Positions 56,648-64,000 of a DNA stretch of 64,000 nt are shown here, piece by piece. The stretch's first letter is position 1, and every line of letters starts with the position of its first letter. The DNA is from Eledone cirrhosa. Its lineage: Eukaryota. The translations under genes and the position numbers were made by a program. The stretch lies in the NCBI GenBank assembly GCA_964016885.1, contig OZ024743.1:174096001-174160000 (forward strand), written 5' to 3'. The notes below the pieces were generated by a model. The model searched no databases, was not told the origin of the DNA, and worked only from the letters and a program-made list of their open reading frames with translations.

Positions 56648-57709
56648 CATATATACATATATATAAAAATAAAGAAATAAAATAAATAAATAAATTAATT
56701 AATTAATACACACAGTCAGACAAATATGCACACACATACATATACATATATATATATACATACATATATATATATATATTATATATATACGTACATATAC
56801 ATACATATATATATACACATACACACATCAACTACAAATATATATATATATACATATATATATACACACACACACACTCACATATACATGCGCACATACG
56901 TACATATATACACATACACACATATACACATAGACGTATATATGCGCATATATATACATACACACATATACCCACATAAATACATAGATACATATATATA
57001 TATATATATATACATATATAAATATACACATACATATACATATATATATATACACACAATCATACACCCTTATTTACATGCGCACATATGTATTTTTATA
57101 CTCACATACAAACACCCAAACATACCTACCTACCTACATATACATACATACATCCACGCTTACAAATACAAATAATAATAGGGGGGGGAGGGGGGGGAGG
57201 GGATTATAGTAAATATTCAAGAAACATAGAATATTAATCTGCATTTAGATCATAATATGTGTTTACATAGTAGTTTCAGTATTAGGAAATGTAAGAAAGA
57301 AGGCAAAATTATGCATTTTAATATAAGTAGACTATTAATTATAGGTTAACTAAATTAAAGATAGTTAATATATTGATTGATTTCCAAGGTGTATACTACT
57401 TAGGTTTATAATATTTGAAGCGGAATTTTGAAGTTAAATAGTAGTAGAGTATTAATTATAGTATAACTAAATTAAAATTATTAACGTTATGGTATCAATA
57501 TTAGGAAATGAATTTAGTAATAGGGAAAAAAACAAATAAAGTATTACATCGGTAGTAGAATATAAATTATAGGTTAACTAAATTAAAAAATATATATTAA
57601 TTTCTATAGTATATGTTAATTAGGTTTATAATAATTAAAACAGATATTGTATTTTATCTATAGTAGAATATAATTATAGGTAAACAGAAATTAAAATTAA
57701 TACATACAC

Positions 57710-57756
<47 letters not shown>

Positions 57757-58241
57757 CATATATATACATACATATACATATTTTTTCAAAAATTGCAAAG
57801 AATATATTAACTAGGTATACATCCAAAACCTATCTCAGTCTATGATTACATGACACTCTGCAATCCATCTGTATTAGGATTTTAATTTTAAGCCAATTAG
57901 ATTAAATTTTTAGGTTAACCAAATTAAAACCAAATTATAAATATATTTCTAAAATGTACATTAATTAGGTCTATAATATTAAAAATTATTTCTCTGTCAT
58001 TGAATACACGATATTTTGTTATATTTTATCTGTAAAGGAATTTTAATAAAAGGTTAAATAAATTAAAATTAATCTATAAATTAATTTACGAAGTATATAT
58101 TAGTAATATTTAAAAGTTTTTCACAATTTATGATTACACAATATTTTATAATCTCATCAGTAGTAGAATTTTAATTAAATTAAATTTATAGGTTAACTAA
58201 TATTTAAATTAAATTATATATTAATTTCTAAAATAATGTTA

Positions 58242-59410
58242 TTAATTAGGTTTATAATATTTAAATGTTTTTCTTAGTTTATGATTACACGATATAATTA
58301 ATTCCTGTCGTTTAGTTAATAGGATATCCTTAGATTTCATTATTTAAAATAGTTTTGGGGAACATAATCTACATTCATTTCTATTATTTTGATAAGGGGT
58401 GGCTCTTTTGAGCACACTCCAGGTCATATCATATTCTATATTCTTATTTTTATAACTATTGATTTTTTCTGCTAGAGATGTTGTATTAGCCAGTGCGGCA
58501 TTTTTAAAACTATGTTTGTGGGTATTAAACCTTACCTTAAAATTGTTAGAAGTAGCTCCTATATATGAGCAAATAGAATCTTTAGTTTTAACATTACATT
58601 TATAAACTATGTTGTTAACAAGACAATTTCCTTTTAATGGGCAGTTTGCTTTGTTTCTACAGTTACAACCTTTCGTTAATTCTGTATTTGAGGAGATATT
58701 ATGGTTAGTTTGATGTATTGGTGGTATACTTATGGTATTCTTACATTTATATGCATTATAGGCACTTATATTTTGTTTTATGTTATTGGTTGTTGAGTAT
58801 GAGAATTTAACTGTAGACCTATTTAAGATTTGATGGTATTTGTGGTTTGGCGGGAAGTTTTTCTCTAGGATATAAAAAATTTTTTTAGCAATATTATCCT
58901 TAATTTGTAAATTAAATGGAGCATTATACCAAGTAACTCGTCTATTACGGTTTCTATGTTGTTTATTATTTTTATAGGTTGTATCGTGATGTTTACTAGG
59001 AGGATTAATGTTAATGATCTCACCACGCACATTTTTAGTTAGATTTGTAGATTTAGGTGTTTTATCTTGTTTATTAGGAGTTTTATTATTAATATTTATT
59101 AGAGTTGTATGATGAGTAGTTTTTTGAGAGTTACTATACTTTAAATTAGAAGAGTTGTTGGTATTTTGGGGTATAGTGTGGGTGGCATTTAGGTGTGTAC
59201 TTTTCATTTGGTGTTTGTTGGTAATATTAGGTTGTATGTTTATAGTATTTTTAGTAGAAGGTATATATTCTAATCTATTTTTGTGGCCACTTCTATCTAG
59301 AGCTTCGTTATAGAAGGTCGCATTTTTATCAAATACATCTTGGTTAGAAGAAAGGTTAGAAATTCTAAGTGATATATTATATGCAAGGTTTTTAAGGATA
59401 GATTTAGGGT
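58242..59410 (-). pseudogene. PLE C-terminal fragment (RT thumb, linker, GIY-YIG), frameshifted
   Basis: [33 protein letters not shown] aligns with KNISLRISRLSANERIFDEHAPYYNQALKRSGF of the 38091 ORF. The rest is near-identical to 43097-44059, with a frameshift after CRLCS. Confidence 0.9.
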
Positions 59411-59504
59411 ATGCGTGTGTGTATGTGTATGTGTATTTATATGGTGTGTGTATGTATATGTATGTGTATGTATGTGTTTATGTATATGTGTATGTATATG
59501 TATG

Positions 59505-59555
<51 letters not shown>

Positions 59556-59590
59556 GTATGTATATCGATGTATATTTTATATTTTACTTG

Positions 59591-59672
<82 letters not shown>

Positions 59673-60264
59673 CTTTATATTTTTCTTATTCCTTTTTCTT
59701 TTTATTTCTAAATTTATAGATACATTTATAAATAGGCAGTTCGCTGACACCAGTAAATACTGACCTCTTCCCCCCCCCACCTACTTTCTGTATCTGGATC
59801 TAAATATGTGTGGCAGTGTTTATGTGCGCGCATTAATGTCCATATGCTTATGATAATAGTATATACACATATATGTGTGTGCGGGTGTGTGTGTGTATGT
59901 ATGTTCGTGGTTGTGTGTATGTTTATGCGTATACGCGCGTGTGTGTGTGAATGTATGTATATGTGTGAGTATATGAATGCGTATATATTTATTTTTATAT
60001 TTATATGTTTATATGCGTATACGTATTTTATCTGTAGATTATAAACATACAGAGACATTAGCCTTGAATTTTTGTATTTACATACATCTTTTCGGCATGC
60101 GTATGCATGTGAACATATATTTTTATGCATATCTGTGAACGAAGTTACTTACATATATACACACACCTAACTGTATAAACTTTTTGTGTTTTCATTGGTC
60201 AATTTGAACTCTGTTCCCAAACAGACCTGTAATTTTGAATTGTTGTTATTATCAATAAATATAT

Positions 60265-60418
60265 TTCATTATTTCTGAAGACGGCATATATATGAGTTGG
60301 TATGTATATTTAATTTTGATAGTTTGTATAATTTTGTATAATTTTGTACATAGATCTGTTGAATATGCATGCCAATTCTAACACATATATATCCTAGAAA
60401 GGATCGTTAAATAATGAA
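60265..60418 (+). ncRNA. Long-stem-II hammerhead, stem III mutated (gaaaggatcgtt)
   Basis: Inverted-arm copy of 54882-55035 with C>G at 60401. Confidence 0.62.
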
Positions 60419-60614
60419 CTTTTTTTGTTTAATATAAGGAACTGTTTCATTGTTTTATTCATTATTTTTTTAATATTTTATCTTGACTCTGTATTCCGTT
60501 TATCTTTCACCGAAAGTAATTTTTCATTGCATCTCTTCTTTCCATGATATCCGGATTACATTGAGTTCTTCATACGGATTGGACACTACCGTAAACTCTT
60601 GGTAGATTTATCTA

Positions 60615-60622
60615 CATATGTA

Positions 60623-60663
<41 letters not shown>

Positions 60664-60890
60664 GTGTATATGTATATATGTATATATATATATGTTTATA
60701 TATATATTCATATATATATATATGTATATATGTATATATATATGTATGTATATATGTATGTATATATGTATGTATATATGTATGTATATATGTATATATA
60801 TATGTATATATGTATGTATATATGTATATATATATGTATATATATATGTATATATGTATATATATATGTATATATATGTATATATATGTA

Positions 60891-60979
<89 letters not shown>

Positions 60980-61198
60980 ATATATGTATATATATATATG
61001 TATATATATATGTATATATGTATATATATATGTATATATGTATATATATATGTATATATATATATGTATATATATATGTATATATGTATATATATATGTA
61101 TATATGTATATATATATGTATATATGTATATATATGTATATGTATATATATATGTATATATGTATATATATGTATATATATGTATATATATATATGTA

Positions 61199-61273
<75 letters not shown>

Positions 61274-61293
61274 GTATATATGTGTATATATAC

Positions 61294-61341
<48 letters not shown>

Positions 61342-61374
61342 GTATATATATGTATATATGTATATATGTGTATA

Positions 61375-61453
<79 letters not shown>
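60615..61453. repeat. (TA)n/TATG microsatellite
   Basis: Direct reading. Confidence 0.97.
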
Positions 61454-61454
<1 letters not shown>

Positions 61455-61560
61455 GAGAAAATTGAGGTTGGTAATGGCACATGGAATATATAAGAGACAG
61501 AATACTTTTTTGTGAAAAAACATATAATTTTATAAGGTAAGGAAATAATAAAGGGTATAA

Positions 61561-61608
61561 AAAATGACCGGTTTCGATGGGTCTGCAAAAGCCATCTTTT
61601 CAAATGTT
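61561..61608 (-). ncRNA. Hammerhead-like motif, U3-A8 core, weak stem I
   Basis: Minus strand: acat TTGAAAA gatgg cttttgcagac ccatc GAAAC cg GTC atttt, with palindromic stem III accggt. Confidence 0.6.
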
Positions 61609-61632
61609 GATTAATATTAAGAAAATTAATAA

Positions 61633-61812
61633 TTGTTTCTACTTTAGGCACAAGGCCAGCAATTACCCAGTGCATTACTGGTACTTTATTTTATCGACCC
61701 CGTAAGGATGAAAGGCAAAGTCAACCTCGGCGGGATTTGAACTCAGATCGTAAAGGGACGTAACTATGCTGGAAAGCATGGCGTCCGACCCTCTACCGAT
61801 ACTGCTAATCCA
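61633..61812 (-). mobile_element. tRNA-derived SINE inserted in one arm of family 6
   Basis: Reverse complement of the 47654 SINE. Absent from the other arm (~63955-63965). Confidence 0.9.
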
Positions 61813-62162
61813 TAATAAGAAGAGTTAAAATTTGAGATTTGAAAATTCAAGTATAAAATTCAGTGTGGGATTTCATAGTAGTTTTCATCTTGGTAGCAGC
61901 AAGTTGACTGCTGTGTGCCTTTCTGGTAGTGAATGAGTAGTTATTTGGGGGAGTGGTTTATTTTATAAAGGTCAGATTTAGCAATGGCCAGATGGCCAGC
62001 TTCTGGTCAGTGAGGGGGTGGAAGCAATATACATACATATATCTCTCTGTGGTCGGTAGGATAGGGGAGAGTGATAGAAAGGGATTTATTGCACTTACAC
62101 CTATATATACACAAATACCCTCATCCACACACACATACATATACATATACATGCATATACAC

Positions 62163-62257
<95 letters not shown>

Positions 62258-62397
62258 TATACATATACACATACATACACACACACATACATATACATAC
62301 ACACATACACACACACATACATATATACACATACACAACACACATATATATATACACACACACCCATATATATACATACACATACATCCAGATACAC

Positions 62398-62464
<67 letters not shown>

Positions 62465-62968
62465 TATATATACACATACGCATACATCCAGATACACACA
62501 TACATACACACACACACACAATACATACACATACATACATCCACATGCACACACATACACACACACACACATACACATACATACACCCACACACATAGAG
62601 AAATGGCCTCCAAATATATATATATACATACATACACATATATTTTTTCCATAATATAAGAAGTTAGAACAGTGAAATTAAAATACAAGTCATTCTGATC
62701 ACATTGAGTTCTTCATGTAGATTGGGCCCTGCAACCGACAGTGGTGAATTCTGTGTGCGCATATATATATATAGATATATGTGTGTGCACGTGCATGGTT
62801 TAACATGGATGTGTTGGTCACACAAAGGCATGGTCTGTCAACGAATAAACCTGATTCTACAGAATTGGTCTCTGGTCTTTAATAGTAGTGATAATTATAT
62901 ACATGCACACATACAAACACATATATCTGTCACTCCGTGCGTACGTGTGTTTATATTTTATGACAATT

Positions 62969-63100
62969 CTATTGGGGTGATAACCCGTTTAGTTTTGGTT
63001 TAAATTTGTTAAGGAATAGATTTTCTTTGTTTATTCTTTGTTGCTGTGTGAACGAATCTGAGCACTTGTAGAAGGGGAAGATTTTAAAGTTGGGTAGTGT
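62969..63100 (-). pseudogene. Extreme C-terminus of a PLE GIY-YIG ORF (not in ORF track)
   Basis: Hand translation TLPNFKIFPFYKCSDSFTQQQRINKENLFLNKFKPKLNGLSPQ*, with the R..KE...K..P.LN pattern typical of GIY-YIG ends. Confidence 0.65.
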
Positions 63101-64000
63101 CAATCTACATGAAGAACTCAATGTGATCTGAATGACTTGTATTTTAATTTCACTGTTCTAACTTCTTATATTATGGAAAAAATATATGTGTATGTATGTA
63201 TATACATATATATATTTGGAGGCCATTTCTCTATGTGTGTGGGTGTATGTATGTGTATGTGTGTGTGTGTATGTGTGTGCATGTGGATGTATGTATGTGT
63301 ATGTATTGTGTGTGTGTGTATGTATGTGTGTATCTGGATGTATGCGTATGTGTATATATATGTGTGTGTGTGTGTATATATGTGTGTGTGTGTGTGTATG
63401 TATGTGTGTATCTGGATGTATGTGTATGTATATATATGTGTGTGTGTGTATATATATATGTGTGTTGTGTATGTGTATATATGTATGTGTGTGTGTATGT
63501 GTGTATGTATATGTATGTGTGTGTGTATGTATGTGTGTATATGTATATATATGTATATATATATATGTATATGTGTATATGTATATATATGTATATATAT
63601 ATATGTATATGTGTATATGCATGTATATGTATATGTATGTGTGTGTGGATGAGGGTATTTGTGTATATATAGGTGTAAGTGCAATAAATCCCTTTCTATC
63701 ACTCTCCCCTCTCCTACCGACTACAGAGAGATATATGTATGTATATTGCTTCCACCCCCTCACTGACCAGAAGCTGGCCATCTGGCCATTGCTAAATCTG
63801 ACCTTTATAAAATAACCCACTCCCCCAAATAACTACTCATTCACTACCAGAAAGGCACACAGCAGTCAACTTGCTGCTACCAAGATGAAAACTACTATGA
63901 AATCCCACACTGAATTTTATACTTGAATTTTCAAATCTCAAATTTTAACTCTTCTTATTATTAATTTTCTTAATATTAATCAACATTTGAAAAGATGGCT

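Larger units (their letters stand above)
54821..60480 (-). mobile_element. Penelope-like element (host family) copy 2, uninterrupted, with inverted arm
   Basis: Body 54821-59410. 59411-60480 is an inverted copy of ~54821-55880. (TA)n lies directly left and ~135 bp beyond the right arm. Confidence 0.87.
61454..64000 (-). mobile_element. 5'-truncated Penelope-like element (family 6) with inverted arm running off the window
   Basis: 63101-64000 is the reverse complement of 61590-62724 minus the SINE. ORF tail in the spacer, HHR near the (TA)n end. Confidence 0.78.

Overview
AT-rich animal genomic DNA made almost entirely of nested transposable elements and microsatellites. I found no host protein-coding gene. 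The SINE and the (TA)n/(TG)n load suggest a cephalopod such as Octopus, which is an inference from recall only. The left third (about 0.9-21.8 kb) holds a minus-strand Gypsy LTR composite and a chain of non-LTR elements joined at (ATT)n tracts: two Tx1-type LINEs, an RTE LINE, an R4/Dong fragment and tRNA-derived SINEs. The right two-thirds (about 22.7-64 kb) is a (TA)n landscape colonised by Penelope-like elements (PLEs) and hammerhead ribozymes (HHRs). The main discovery is a 310-bp non-coding unit carrying a minimal type I HHR (retrozyme-like), present as two fold-back tandem arrays with 27 HHR copies. These arrays and a near-intact RT + GIY-YIG PLE are inserted into (TA)n tracts of another PLE, whose uninterrupted paralog lies 28 kb away and shows the empty sites. 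At least six different HHR families occur, including U3-A8, C4 and very-long-stem-II variants. Nearly all sit in inverted pairs with 3' ends pointing outwards, mostly into (TA)n, which suggests one shared PLE-driven, two-ended integration mechanism, possibly from circular RNA templates. All structures were read and paired by eye; no searches or folding programs were run.
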